Shown here: positions 54,121-64,000 of the stretch, piece after piece
Layout of the letters: every line of letters starts with the position of its first letter
How positions within the stretch are numbered: position 1 is the first letter of the stretch
IMG/VR virus record: IMGVR_UViG_3300027971_000029
Coordinates: 60,558 to 124,557 of that record
Strand: one strand, 5' to 3'
Source of the DNA: a virus
Lineage: Duplodnaviria > Caudoviricetes
DNA: 64,000 bases
Translations under genes and position numbers: made by a program
Notes under the pieces: model-generated
Told to the model about the DNA's origin: nothing
The model's database searches: none
What the model saw: the letters and a program-made list of their open reading frames with translations, nothing else

Positions 54121-54899
54121 ATTTCTTTTGCTTTTGATCCAATTAGCTTTTTAGGCATAATTAATACACGAACACCACTATATGTTTTTCCGCCAGATTC
54201 GTAATTGCGACCTGATGTATATCTTGCGGCAACAATAGCTGTATAATCACCCGTCATAAATTCTTTCACATCAGGATTGTAACTAACATGAGCAGTAAAG
54301 CCTAACTTATGTTTTTTACCAGACGCAGTAAACTTAACATCACCTTGACCAATTAAATGAATATTATCAATTCCATAACTTGATGAACCAAATAAAGGTC
54401 CATAAACTGCTTTACCAATCAAGTTTGCATCTTTAATAGTTTCATAAACTCTTTCTTTTCCATCAACAATAGTTTTATGTATTCCTGTTAATTTTTTTAA
54501 AAATGAAATTACAGTTGAATCTTTTGAAATAGAACCTGATTTAGCACCATCGGCCTTCTTGGTTATCCCGCTATATTGTTGAAATCCACTAGCATCTTTA
54601 CCCATTTTATGTGATATAAAACACACATCAACAAATTTCTTTTTTCTTTCATCATACATCACTAAAGCAATATCAGCTTTAGGCGTACCTTCAACTTTAT
54701 TTGCACCATAAATGTTTTCAAATGTATGTTTGCCAACCACAACAGTTATTGGCGATCCTATTTTTGATATGTAACCATTAATTTGTTGCAGTACTGCCAA
54801 CTCACCTCCTTCGGTTGATGTTGGTGAATATAACATATATGATTTATCCAAATCTTTAAACTTATGTAAAAGACCATGAACTTTGTACGATCCAGCCAT
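54117..54899 (-). CDS. putative PD-(D/E)XK-like nuclease
   Basis: TPKADIAL...FISHK...FQQYSG. Confidence 0.5.
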   Translation of the reverse strand: MAGSYKVHGLLHKFKDLDKSYMLYSPTSTEGGELAVLQQINGYISKIGSPITVVVGKHTFENIYGANKVEGTPKADIALVMYDERKKKFVDVCFISHKMGKDASGFQQYSGITKKADGAKSGSISKDSTVISFLKKLTGIHKTIVDGKERVYETIKDANLIGKAVYGPLFGSSSYGIDNIHLIGQGDVKFTASGKKHKLGFTAHVSYNPDVKEFMTGDYTAIVAARYTSGRNYESGGKTYSGVRVLIMPKKLIGSKAKEI

Positions 54900-54931
54900 T
54901 ATAACTCCATGAAGTTGTTATTGTAATGGCT

Positions 54932-54939
54932 TATTTATA
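54932..54939 (-). promoter_or_regulatory. T4-type late promoter
   Basis: TATAAATA on the minus strand upstream of 54899. Confidence 0.7.
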
Positions 54940-55192
54940 TCAATCGGGTCCTAACATCTTCTCCATAAGCATGTTATGTTTGGCAGTCTCAAGCATTCCG
55001 ATTGTACCAACAAAATCATTTGTGTGACCATATAGAGTTATCTCAGCATCTGAATCCATAGATGCTACAAGATATTCTTTAATTGTTCCATCTTCAATGT
55101 TTTTTCTCACTTCTTCTAAAATGTCAAGCATATGTTGCTTTGTCTTTTTTTCATTTTTACTCGAATCAAATTCTACGACTTTCATATGTTTC

Positions 55193-55756
55193 CTAAGTGT
55201 AATGCAAATAACCACCAATGATATATTTAGGTCCGCTTATAGGTTTCAGGCCTGCGTGTGGATATGTCCACATAGGAGGAAACATAAGCAATCTGCCTGC
55301 GACTGGTTTAACAGTGCTGGTCGTTTCAGAAGCACTATTCCACTGAAAAGCAGTCTCGCCACCAACTTCAACATCATTCAAGTACCAGAAGTAAACAAGA
55401 AATCTACGAGCCGAATCGTGATTACCCACATCAACATGAAGTTTGAATTCATCTTTATCGTTAGGCATGTATCTTTTCATTCGAAAATGTTCACATGCAA
55501 GTTCATCTGGCCAGACTTTATCATCAAGGCTCAAGTCATGCTTGTAGTATTTCAGAAACTTCTGCATCTCATCCACAAGCATATTGTGAATGTCTTTCCA
55601 ATCAGGATATGCTGATATGTTCAATTCAGTGAAGTGCCTGTGGTCTTGCAATTCTGTCTGCATATGCCTATCAGTATCATACTCGAATCTCTTAATGATT
55701 TCATCACATTTGTTTTTATCAAGTGCATCATCGTAATATCTTACACAGTTTATCAT
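55193..55756 (-). CDS. 2OG-Fe(II) oxygenase
   Basis: HVD...YLND...GGET.F...G.LL.FP..W...H...P....KY. Confidence 0.9.
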   Translation of the reverse strand: MINCVRYYDDALDKNKCDEIIKRFEYDTDRHMQTELQDHRHFTELNISAYPDWKDIHNMLVDEMQKFLKYYKHDLSLDDKVWPDELACEHFRMKRYMPNDKDEFKLHVDVGNHDSARRFLVYFWYLNDVEVGGETAFQWNSASETTSTVKPVAGRLLMFPPMWTYPHAGLKPISGPKYIIGGYLHYT

Positions 55757-57156
55757 ACTTTAAACCCCTCAAACTTTTTATTGAATTTACCTTCACGATT
55801 ACCGAATGTGTTCAGTGGTCTGTCAGGCGCATTCTGACCTGAGTCAGATATATCTTCTTGTGCAGACTGTTCAACATCATACAACCTCATCTTCGATTTG
55901 TCAATACCAACAACGAATCTTTTGTTCATAGTTGGGTCTGCATATCGATTCTTCAATTGCTTTACCATAATCTGATTCAAGGCTTCAAGTTCTTCAGTTG
56001 AAATCAAAGCAAACATAAAGTCAGCAGTCGCTGGTAGACCAAACGATTCAGAAGTATCTTCAAGCCCCGGATCGGTATTTGAGAAACCACTTCTTGTTGT
56101 TTGTGTAGCTGATACAATTGGTAGATTCTCTTCAACAGCAAGCCCACGCAACTCTTCTGCAATTGCTTTGATGTATGAATAACTATTCACATTTGCGCCA
56201 TGTTTCAATCGTGCAGAACAGCAGATGTTCAGATAGTCAATGAAGATGATATCAGGACTGAAATTTCTCTTCAATCTCAATTCATTCAACAGTGCTTTAA
56301 AGTGCAGAACAGATGCGGCCGCTGTTGGATATTCTTTGATGATTAACTTGCCTTGAGTCTTTGACTTCAGTGCATTGAATCTTCTATCATAGTCTGACTT
56401 AGAAATCGAGGCTAAGTCATTGATAGGTACATTCAAAAGGTTCGCATCAATTCTTTCAGCAATCTTTTCTTCAGCCATTTCCATTGTGATATAGAGAACA
56501 TTCTGACCAGCAGAGATACAACCAGATGCAACATGACACATGAACAAACTCTTACCAACACCAGTACCAGCAAGTGCAATGTTGAGTGTCTTGTTAGGCA
56601 GACCACCTTTTGTAATCTTGTTGAAGTAGTCTAAATCAAAAGGAATTCTTTCTTCTTTACGATGATAGAATTCGAATCGTTCATTTGAATTTTCAATATA
56701 ATCATGCCCAACATTTGGGTCAAACGAAACACCAAGTGCTGAAGAAAGCATCTCTGGAATAGCACCTTTGTTCTTTGCGCCACTCTTATCATCAAGAACA
56801 GAAACGGCTTCTAGAACTGCATTGTAGATTGCTTTATCTTGACAGAACTTTTCTGTAGTCTTTACCAACCATTCTTTTTCAGTTGGCTCATCTTTATTTG
56901 TTTTGATTGTTTCGAGAATGCCAATCGCAGAACGAACTTCTTCTTCTTTGAGTTTCTTAGACTCAGTTAAGTTTATTACAAGAGATTCGTGAGTTGGTAG
57001 ATTGTTGTATTCATTAACGAAGTCAGATATTTCTTTGAATACAACTCTCTCATTAGTATCGCCAAAGTATTCTGGCTTTAGGAATGGCAGAACTTTTCGT
57101 GTAAATTCTTCACTATAGATTAGATTCTTCAGAATCGTAAGTTCCAACCGATGCAT
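55753..57156 (-). CDS. T4 gp41-like replicative helicase
   Basis: LAGTGVGKS, ITMEMAEE, IDYLNIC, TSESFGLPATAD, KQLKNRY. Confidence 0.97.
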   Translation of the reverse strand: MHRLELTILKNLIYSEEFTRKVLPFLKPEYFGDTNERVVFKEISDFVNEYNNLPTHESLVINLTESKKLKEEEVRSAIGILETIKTNKDEPTEKEWLVKTTEKFCQDKAIYNAVLEAVSVLDDKSGAKNKGAIPEMLSSALGVSFDPNVGHDYIENSNERFEFYHRKEERIPFDLDYFNKITKGGLPNKTLNIALAGTGVGKSLFMCHVASGCISAGQNVLYITMEMAEEKIAERIDANLLNVPINDLASISKSDYDRRFNALKSKTQGKLIIKEYPTAAASVLHFKALLNELRLKRNFSPDIIFIDYLNICCSARLKHGANVNSYSYIKAIAEELRGLAVEENLPIVSATQTTRSGFSNTDPGLEDTSESFGLPATADFMFALISTEELEALNQIMVKQLKNRYADPTMNKRFVVGIDKSKMRLYDVEQSAQEDISDSGQNAPDRPLNTFGNREGKFNKKFEGFKV

Positions 57157-57487
57157 TTTCTTCCTTTAAAATATATTGTTCAAGCAACAGCACAAGGATG
57201 TCACCCATCATTGTAGCAAATTTTTCATTTGATTGCAATGATTCGTATGAATGTTCACCTAGATAATCCACAGTATATTCATACGATAATTTTGCCTGAA
57301 CATCTTGGTCGGTTATCCATGTCTTTCCGTAGTGATACTTTACACCTTTGAAGTCACCTTGTAGGATTGTAACACCAGTCCATTCAGGTGCTTCAAAGAA
57401 TTTATAGTCTACGCCTTCTTCAAGCGTCTTCGGCTTCGGCATGAACAAGTTCTTCAGTTTGGAGAATACTTCCATAAGATATCTCAT
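57113..57487 (-). CDS. hypothetical protein between uvsX and 41
   Basis: syntenic small ORF. Confidence 0.6.
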   Translation of the reverse strand: MRYLMEVFSKLKNLFMPKPKTLEEGVDYKFFEAPEWTGVTILQGDFKGVKYHYGKTWITDQDVQAKLSYEYTVDYLGEHSYESLQSNEKFATMMGDILVLLLEQYILKEENASVGTYDSEESNL

Positions 57488-58478
57488 ATTTTTTACTCAC
57501 ATATTCTTTGAAAGATTCACTTGATAAAATGTCTTTCCAAAATGCTTCGGTTTGAGTTACATCGAATCTAACTTTGTCACCAATCTCACCAGTCGATTGA
57601 TTGACTTTCGCATACCAACCGGGACTTGGTTTAGCAACAAACTTACCTTCCATTGCAACATCAAGTAGACCAGAGAATTTCTGAATGCCACCTTCAAATG
57701 AAACTGTGATTGGTATCTTTGATTTCTCTCTCACATAACGAGACTTCTCAACATTGATAATGAAGTTATAACCTACAACTTCTGTACCATCTTTTTCTTG
57801 TTGGCGACCAATGATGAAGATGTTATCAGCAGAGTAGTAAGAACCTGTACCACCACCAACGATATCTTTAGGATACAAACCAATTTCTTTGTATGTGTGA
57901 TTCACAACAATCATCGGAATGTCTTTTAGATTCAAGTGAGGTGTAATCATACGAAACAAACTCTTCACTTGTTTTGCACGAGACATGTCTGCAACAGACT
58001 TACCTTCAAGTGCATCATCAACTTCTTTCTTTGATGCCAAGTTACCGATTGAGTCAAGAATAACAATCAGTTTGTCACCACGGTCAACACCTTGAAATTG
58101 TTGCATGATATCAAACTTTAACTGTTCAATGTCAGTCAATGGTGTGTGTAGAACACGGTCCATGTCAATGCCAAATGTCTCAAAGTATTTGATGGGTGTA
58201 CCAAACTCAGAGTCATAGAACAAAAGAACTGCATCTTGATACTTGTCCATGTAAGACTTTGCCATGAGTAAAGAGAATGCAGTTTTAAAGTGTTTAGATG
58301 GTCCTGCCCACATTGTAAGACCTGGAGTCAATCCACCATCTAGCTTACCAGACAATGCCACATTGACCATTGGCACTCCAGTAGTAATCATATCTTTATT
58401 GTTAAAGAATTTTGATTTCGAAAGAATCGCTGTCTCTTTGATAGAGGAATTCTTTTTCAATTTTTCAAGTATGCTCAT
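57420..58478 (-). CDS. uvsX: UvsX RecA-like recombinase
   Basis: AGPSKHFKT, FYDSEFG, DSIGNLAS, VNHTY, GGTG.YYSAD. Confidence 0.96.
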   Translation of the reverse strand: MSILEKLKKNSSIKETAILSKSKFFNNKDMITTGVPMVNVALSGKLDGGLTPGLTMWAGPSKHFKTAFSLLMAKSYMDKYQDAVLLFYDSEFGTPIKYFETFGIDMDRVLHTPLTDIEQLKFDIMQQFQGVDRGDKLIVILDSIGNLASKKEVDDALEGKSVADMSRAKQVKSLFRMITPHLNLKDIPMIVVNHTYKEIGLYPKDIVGGGTGSYYSADNIFIIGRQQEKDGTEVVGYNFIINVEKSRYVREKSKIPITVSFEGGIQKFSGLLDVAMEGKFVAKPSPGWYAKVNQSTGEIGDKVRFDVTQTEAFWKDILSSESFKEYVSKKYEISYGSILQTEELVHAEAEDA

Positions 58479-59296
58479 TTAAAATCTCCAGTCATATTAG
58501 TAATTTGTGTTTTCGGTATAACTTCTGAATGTTCATCAACAAAGAAGTTGTCAATCGTATTTGTAGGTTTAGTTTCAGATTTCTTTTTCTTATTCTTGTT
58601 CACTATTATATCAGGTGTCTTCTCAGATTGCAAGTTCTTTAGTGTCATATTAGCGGCAATCAATAGCAAAACTGCTAATGGGTCAAAGACAAAAATGATG
58701 ATGAAGATAACCACCCTTACAGCTTTATCTATGAATTGGGCATCGTTTTTATCATACAACAACTCGGCGACATAGCGAATAGGACCAACATCTGCCATCA
58801 ATTTATTTTCTTCAGTCATCAATGGCAATTTGTCTTTTGTTATCTGAGTCAACTCAACCTGTGTCTCTTGTATTTGCTTATCGATTTTTCGACTTGCTGT
58901 TGCAGGGTCGCCGGCTCTTTTCATCAAATACTCAAGTCTTTCTCTTGTCATCTTTTCTTGTGATTCAAGAGTCTTCAACTGAACCGTATTGGCACCAACT
59001 GATACAGTAGATTCAATGTGTGCTTTTGAAAGATAACCAAAGATACCCATCGATGTAATCAACATCAATAAGGCAACTGCAACTGTGAAATATGATTTCA
59101 TCAAGATGGGTGCAGTCTTCCAGTTACGATACAACCATGATACAGTAACTAACTTAGATAACTCTAATGCACCACCCATCACAATGATTGGCCAATACGA
59201 ACCAGGAAAGATTAAAGCAAGCCCCACTACCGAATAGTAACCTGCGATTGCTGATAGAACAATTGCTGTAATAAATGGTAATAGAACTTGTATCAT
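58475..59296 (-). CDS. membrane protein with coiled coil
   Basis: TMs, TSMGIFGYLSKAH, VGPI.Y.A, FVFDPLAV. Confidence 0.75.
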   Translation of the reverse strand: MIQVLLPFITAIVLSAIAGYYSVVGLALIFPGSYWPIIVMGGALELSKLVTVSWLYRNWKTAPILMKSYFTVAVALLMLITSMGIFGYLSKAHIESTVSVGANTVQLKTLESQEKMTRERLEYLMKRAGDPATASRKIDKQIQETQVELTQITKDKLPLMTEENKLMADVGPIRYVAELLYDKNDAQFIDKAVRVVIFIIIFVFDPLAVLLLIAANMTLKNLQSEKTPDIIVNKNKKKKSETKPTNTIDNFFVDEHSEVIPKTQITNMTGDFK

Positions 59297-61833
59297 CCGA
59301 AGAAGTCTTCTAAAGAACTTTCTTTGATTGGTCTCCATCCAATACAGTCAAGAACAATCGTCAAAGGTTCAATGAATGATTTCTCAAACTGCATATCATA
59401 ATCAATAACAGTAGTCATATTCCATTCGCTTGGCATACGACTTGCAAAAGAAAGAACATTGGATTGAAATGTGTTTGGCTCACGAAGAAAAATAAACTTA
59501 ATCTTTTCACCTTCACGAATCAATTCATATCTCTTAGTCAACTTGTCAGCACGAAGTCTGTTATTGTGAATCAATGCACCACGAACATGAATCGGTGTGC
59601 CTTTTGAATAAACAGTCTTCTCATTAGCATACTCTTTCAAGCCATTGACTGTTCTCGGAAAAGAAATATCTTCAATCGGAATCGACTTGAATTCTTTTCT
59701 AAAATTTTCAATGAATGACTGCAACTGTTCTTCTGTACCACCAATGATAATCTTCAAGGCTTCTTTAATCTTCTCACGACATGCACTTGGTGTCGATGAT
59801 TTAATTGCCTCAAGACCTTGAATCTTGATTTGTGGTTCAGCATATTGAACACCTTCAGAATTATGTACATGAAGAATGTATCTCTTCTTAGCAGTCCAGA
59901 TTGCTTTGTCTGCCAAGACCTCTCTCTTCATTTGCATTTTTTGTTCGTATGCGTGAACATAGTCAGCAAGTTTCTGATAACTTTCATCAATAGATGGTTG
60001 AAGTTTATCTTCACAGACACGGTCCATGAAGGAGATAAGATTGTTAACATCTCCTGTTTTCGAATAGACCTTATCAACAAGCGGACCAAGATTGAGATAA
60101 ATCGAATCTGTGTCTGAGGCGAGAACATAATCAACTTCATTTGTCTTCAATAGGTTGTTCATATATTGATTGATGTGATTTTCAATCCATCTAATACTTA
60201 GTTGACCCGCTAAGGTAATACCTTCTGCTTGTCTCACATCAAAGAATCTAAAGTATTGACTACCCAAAGCACCATAAGCAGAATTCAGACCAACTTTCTT
60301 AGCTAACTGAAGATTCTTGTATCGTGAAATATGATTGCTCAATTCTTTTTTTATTTCAAGATTCGTTTCTACTTCATACTTCTGCTGTGCCTCAATCATG
60401 CTCTTCTTATAAATCACACGACCATTGTAAATTCTTTCCATAATGTCTGGAAGAAAGCCTTTGATGTCTGTGCGAAAGAATTGACCGTTTGGAGTCAGAG
60501 TCACATTTTTCAATCTTGATGTGTCAATTTGACATGTCAAGAGTTTATCAACTGTAACACCTTGGGCAATGATTTCACGCATCTCTGGTGTATAATCACG
60601 AGGCTCAACCAATGTCTCAGGTGAGATATTGTATTGCATAATCAAATGTGGATACAAACTGTTCAAGTCAAACGATGCGACATATTCATGTTTACCTAAG
60701 TGTGGGTCTTTAACATATGCACCTTCATAGGCAGTGTTTTTTGAAGATATTCTCTTTGGCGGAACAATGATATTCTTTGCACGAAGATGATTGAATGTGA
60801 TTGTATCCCACATACGAACTTGCGTAAACACATCATCATAATTCACTTTGTTGTCATAAGCCAAAGTCAATGCCATATCAATCAAGCGACCTTTAGCATT
60901 CAAGTTTTCTACAAGTTCTACATCTCGAATGTTGTACTCAATGAACAACTGAAAGTTCTCACGATACAATGCTTGCAAGCTATCATATTCATCGTATGAA
61001 ATCTTTTGACCGACTTTTTCAACTTGTGCAATGTGGTCTAAACGATATGATTCTTGTGAAGAATTTGGTGCATACTTACGAAACAACTGTAAATAGTCTA
61101 GTGTTGGTAGACCAACCAAGTCATAAATTTTAGTTGTCTTACCATAAAATGTTTCTTCACGAACACTTATTATGCCCCAAGGAGAAAGTTTTCTCACTTC
61201 TTTATCATCAAAAAGTCTTGAGATTCGATTGTGCAGATATGGTATATCGAAGTTTTTGACATTCCAACCAGTCAATGCATCAGGATAATGTTTCTGCCAG
61301 AATTCTATAAATCTTGAAAGCAGAGACAATTCATCTCGACATTGTGTATAGATGATATCATCACGATGTGGTTTGAAGTCACCACATGCAAACACATAAA
61401 ATTTTGGATCATTAGAAAGTTTAACTGTGATTGCAGTCACAGGTTCAGATGCCAGTGATGGTTCAGGAAAACCATTCTCAGAACCAACCTCAATATCAAG
61501 ATAGGCTACACAAACATCTTGAACATTCCATTCAATAGTTTCTTCTGGATGTTCATCTGAAATGTAGACATATTCGTAGCGGTTGTTACCATAGATTTCA
61601 AAGCTATCAACACCTTCATATCTTTTCACAAAGTCACGGGCATCACGAATACTCTCAAACTTCATAGGTTCGAGATAGTCGCCTTTGAGGGTTTTAAATT
61701 TTGTTTGTTTTTTAGCAGGTAAAAACAAAGTCGGCGTATAAGGAATTTTCTCTTTTATACGCCGACCGTTCTCTACGCCACGATAGAGAATGTTGTTACC
61801 TACACTCATTACGCTAGTGTAGAATTTACTCAT
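59293..61833 (-). CDS. T4 gp43-like family B DNA polymerase
   Basis: DIEV exo I, SFDLNSLYP, K...NSAYG, SDTDS, KKRY. Confidence 0.98.
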   Translation of the reverse strand: MSKFYTSVMSVGNNILYRGVENGRRIKEKIPYTPTLFLPAKKQTKFKTLKGDYLEPMKFESIRDARDFVKRYEGVDSFEIYGNNRYEYVYISDEHPEETIEWNVQDVCVAYLDIEVGSENGFPEPSLASEPVTAITVKLSNDPKFYVFACGDFKPHRDDIIYTQCRDELSLLSRFIEFWQKHYPDALTGWNVKNFDIPYLHNRISRLFDDKEVRKLSPWGIISVREETFYGKTTKIYDLVGLPTLDYLQLFRKYAPNSSQESYRLDHIAQVEKVGQKISYDEYDSLQALYRENFQLFIEYNIRDVELVENLNAKGRLIDMALTLAYDNKVNYDDVFTQVRMWDTITFNHLRAKNIIVPPKRISSKNTAYEGAYVKDPHLGKHEYVASFDLNSLYPHLIMQYNISPETLVEPRDYTPEMREIIAQGVTVDKLLTCQIDTSRLKNVTLTPNGQFFRTDIKGFLPDIMERIYNGRVIYKKSMIEAQQKYEVETNLEIKKELSNHISRYKNLQLAKKVGLNSAYGALGSQYFRFFDVRQAEGITLAGQLSIRWIENHINQYMNNLLKTNEVDYVLASDTDSIYLNLGPLVDKVYSKTGDVNNLISFMDRVCEDKLQPSIDESYQKLADYVHAYEQKMQMKREVLADKAIWTAKKRYILHVHNSEGVQYAEPQIKIQGLEAIKSSTPSACREKIKEALKIIIGGTEEQLQSFIENFRKEFKSIPIEDISFPRTVNGLKEYANEKTVYSKGTPIHVRGALIHNNRLRADKLTKRYELIREGEKIKFIFLREPNTFQSNVLSFASRMPSEWNMTTVIDYDMQFEKSFIEPLTIVLDCIGWRPIKESSLEDFFG

Positions 61834-61848
61834 TGAGTTATTGTATCA

Positions 61849-62151
61849 TTATTTAGGGATAGATGTGGCAATTTGAATACCGCTACCAAACACAGAATTG
61901 TATTGATTCTCAAGTTCAACCACTGGTGTTGTAATGGCAAGAATGTCGTTACGGTGAAACGAGATTCCTGTTTTGAATTCAGCACAGTAGTCTAAGAAAG
62001 GAGAGAAAGCCATGCCGCCTTGGTCTTGGGCACTCTTTGGAGGAATCACAACAACTTGAACTGGTTGTTTGATTTTGATTGTTTCATTACTAACATCAAC
62101 ATCACCTAAGATGGTGTGATTTGTTTTAAATGTGAGTAGCTTGATGTTCAT
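61849..62151 (-). CDS. conserved hypothetical protein (Sm-like fold?)
   Basis: syntenic with gp43; L.NQYNS.FGSGI. Confidence 0.65.
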   Translation of the reverse strand: MNIKLLTFKTNHTILGDVDVSNETIKIKQPVQVVVIPPKSAQDQGGMAFSPFLDYCAEFKTGISFHRNDILAITTPVVELENQYNSVFGSGIQIATSIPK

Positions 62152-62447
62152 GCAACACTCACTTTCGTGCCTGCATCAAGCACGGCTAAGGTTACCCAAC
62201 GCTTGGGTACGAGCATTTCTCTACCAGAGAAATCATTCATGTTCACTGTTGGGTCAGGAACTCGACCAATCAACTCGACCATATTGTCGAAGTCACGAAG
62301 AACCAAATCGTACCGGTCTGCACGAGGAAGTTTCTTTTCGATTGCAATTTTCTTAGCAATTTCAAAAATATTCATATTCTCTTTCATTAACATTAAAAAA
62401 ACATTATAACATAGTTCATGTTAGAATTCAACACATATGTTAGATTA

Positions 62448-62804
62448 TTACCTAACATATTCCTTCAAGTCAGGAGGTTTCCATCCTTCTGGCTTCAAGA
62501 CTTTGCCGTCTGCACGGCGTATCACTTTACCAGTTGCTTTATCAACTTTGGCAAAATTAGATTTGGCAACTTCATCCCATGCTTCGGCTACTTTGAAATT
62601 CTTCATGTGACAGTAACCTAAGATGACCCAAATCATATCCATACATGCATCTAGCTGTTCAACATCATCATTTTGGTCAACGGCATTTCTAAATTCATAG
62701 GATTCTTCTTCAATTAATTTTGCATAAAGTTCAGCATTTTCTTTTGAAGCGAATTGGTCACACGCAAGTTGAAATGCACGAACATCTAGTGGCATGTTAG
62801 TCAT
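62448..62804 (-). CDS. MazG-like / PRA-PH-like NTP pyrophosphohydrolase
   Basis: LIEEE..E...E.LDA..D..WV...SN..K...DGKVLKP.GW.PPDL. Confidence 0.85.
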   Translation of the reverse strand: MTNMPLDVRAFQLACDQFASKENAELYAKLIEEESYEFRNAVDQNDDVEQLDACMDMIWVILGYCHMKNFKVAEAWDEVAKSNFAKVDKATGKVIRRADGKVLKPEGWKPPDLKEYVR

Positions 62805-62805
62805 A

Positions 62806-63417
62806 CTATAGTACCTGTAAATTATTGTTCCAATGTTTTGTTCGGTCTTCAAGACCAATAGTACCACCATTGATTCGTTTAGTCATCAAGGTAATATCTT
62901 TCTTATCTGCAATCTCATTCAATCCATTCTTCTTCCAGAACCAACATGCAGATTCAATTGCACCTTCTAGTGTTTCAAGATATGCGATAGTCTCATCAAT
63001 AGTCTTACCGATATCTTTTGCAAATGCAGTATAGTTATCATGTCCAGTCAATTGAATTGCACCACGACCACGGTACTTGTAACCATCACCAGATGCCTCA
63101 TTACCATTACCCATACGAGATGCATAAACACGATTAGCAATCATCTCTGGCTTGCGTTCATATTTTGCGGCAGTCGCATCATCAGGAAAGTACTTACCAA
63201 ATGTTCCACGAAGACCTTTAGCACCATAATTCAAATTCTCTTTTAGAACAGTGAAGTCTAAAGATTCATGTCCACATTGTGCTAGAAAACCAGCAACTCT
63301 TTCTTTAGTGTTTATCTGATACTTCTCAAACACTTTATTGAATGCGTTCAACAGACCTGCATGGTCTTTGTTATTTGGTACGCACTTTTTTAGTTTTTCC
63401 AGATTTAGTTCGACCAT
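62806..63417 (-). CDS. GH19 family endolysin
   Basis: FLAQCGHES, ENLNY, YRGRGAIQLTG, INGG.IGL.DR. Confidence 0.92.
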   Translation of the reverse strand: MVELNLEKLKKCVPNNKDHAGLLNAFNKVFEKYQINTKERVAGFLAQCGHESLDFTVLKENLNYGAKGLRGTFGKYFPDDATAAKYERKPEMIANRVYASRMGNGNEASGDGYKYRGRGAIQLTGHDNYTAFAKDIGKTIDETIAYLETLEGAIESACWFWKKNGLNEIADKKDITLMTKRINGGTIGLEDRTKHWNNNLQVL

Positions 63418-63589
63418 CTCTCTTGTCCTTTGTTAGATTTTTTATGAATACTTTTCCATCTTTCAATTTATAATCTAAAGTATCACCAATCTCCCATCCT
63501 AATTGTGTTACCAATTCATCTGGCAGTTCGACAATAGCGTCACCGTTATCGCATATTTCAACGACCTTTGTAGTATATATCTTACTCAT
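63371..63589 (-). CDS. AbrB/MazE-like DNA-binding protein
   Basis: LPDELVTQLGWEIGDTL pattern. Confidence 0.6.
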   Translation of the reverse strand: MSKIYTTKVVEICDNGDAIVELPDELVTQLGWEIGDTLDYKLKDGKVFIKNLTKDKRDGRTKSGKTKKVRTK

Positions 63590-64000
63590 ACTTGTTCCAC
63601 CTCAATACCGGAATTTTTGAGAAATACGACACCAGCAATATCCCTATAAGTGTTACGATATAGAACATTGCTAATACCACTTTGGTATATAAGTTTGGCG
63701 CAGTCCAAACATGGAGCATGGGTAATGAACATAGTAGCACCCATACCAGATTCGGTAGATTTAGCAAGTTTCGCAATTGCATTCGTTTCAGCATGAAGTA
63801 CCTCTGGTTTTGTTTTAAGTTCTTCGCTAAAATTATTGAAGTCATATCTAGAATCACTAGGATGAACATCAGCAACATATTCACATTCGTTTGTCCATCC
63901 AGATGGCATGCCATTGTAACCGATTGATATGATGCGGTCATCTTTCACAACAATGGCACCAACATGAAGTCTTTTTGCAGTCGAGCATTCAGCAAATATT
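63586..64000 (-). CDS. cd: dCMP deaminase (5' end outside the window)
   Basis: VGAIVV...IGYNG, HAETNAI, PCLDCAK. Confidence 0.93.
   Translation of the reverse strand, partial: IFAECSTAKRLHVGAIVVKDDRIISIGYNGMPSGWTNECEYVADVHPSDSRYDFNNFSEELKTKPEVLHAETNAIAKLAKSTESGMGATMFITHAPCLDCAKLIYQSGISNVLYRNTYRDIAGVVFLKNSGIEVEQV

Noticed and set aside
30753-61833. Introns or inteins in nrdA, nrdB, gp41, uvsX or gp43
   Set aside because: The ORFs are continuous and of normal length, with no intein-like insertions.

Overview
A 64 kb segment of a large T4-like myophage genome, almost entirely minus-strand, with a host tentatively inferred to be a Betaproteobacterium. From high to low coordinates (the direction of transcription) it contains: dCMP deaminase, a GH19 endolysin and the replication core (gp43, UvsX, gp41); a sugar/glycosyltransferase cluster; charged late proteins that are probably packaged in the head; holin/spanin genes; primase, ThyX and NrdAB; auxiliary metabolic genes (IscU, IscA/ErpA, a PlcP-like phospholipase with a GT2, a secreted nuclease, Dps, PhoH); an array of 29 tRNAs covering all 20 amino acids; about 16 kb of small early genes behind repeated sigma70 promoters; and the start of RNase H. 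The main new observation is directly upstream of the tRNA array. A perfect sigma70 promoter starts a leaderless 38-codon peptide (22625-22741) that contains all 20 amino acids. Its last codons form an antiterminator that competes with an intrinsic terminator, so it looks like a pan-amino-acid attenuator that turns up phage tRNA synthesis when any tRNA is depleted. The array also contains a roughly 195-nt minimal RNase P RNA-like gene, further structured RNAs, boxA-like leaders and a 16-nt long-range inverted repeat, and an ArfA-like peptide is encoded nearby. All calls were made by eye from motifs and pairing; no database searches were run.
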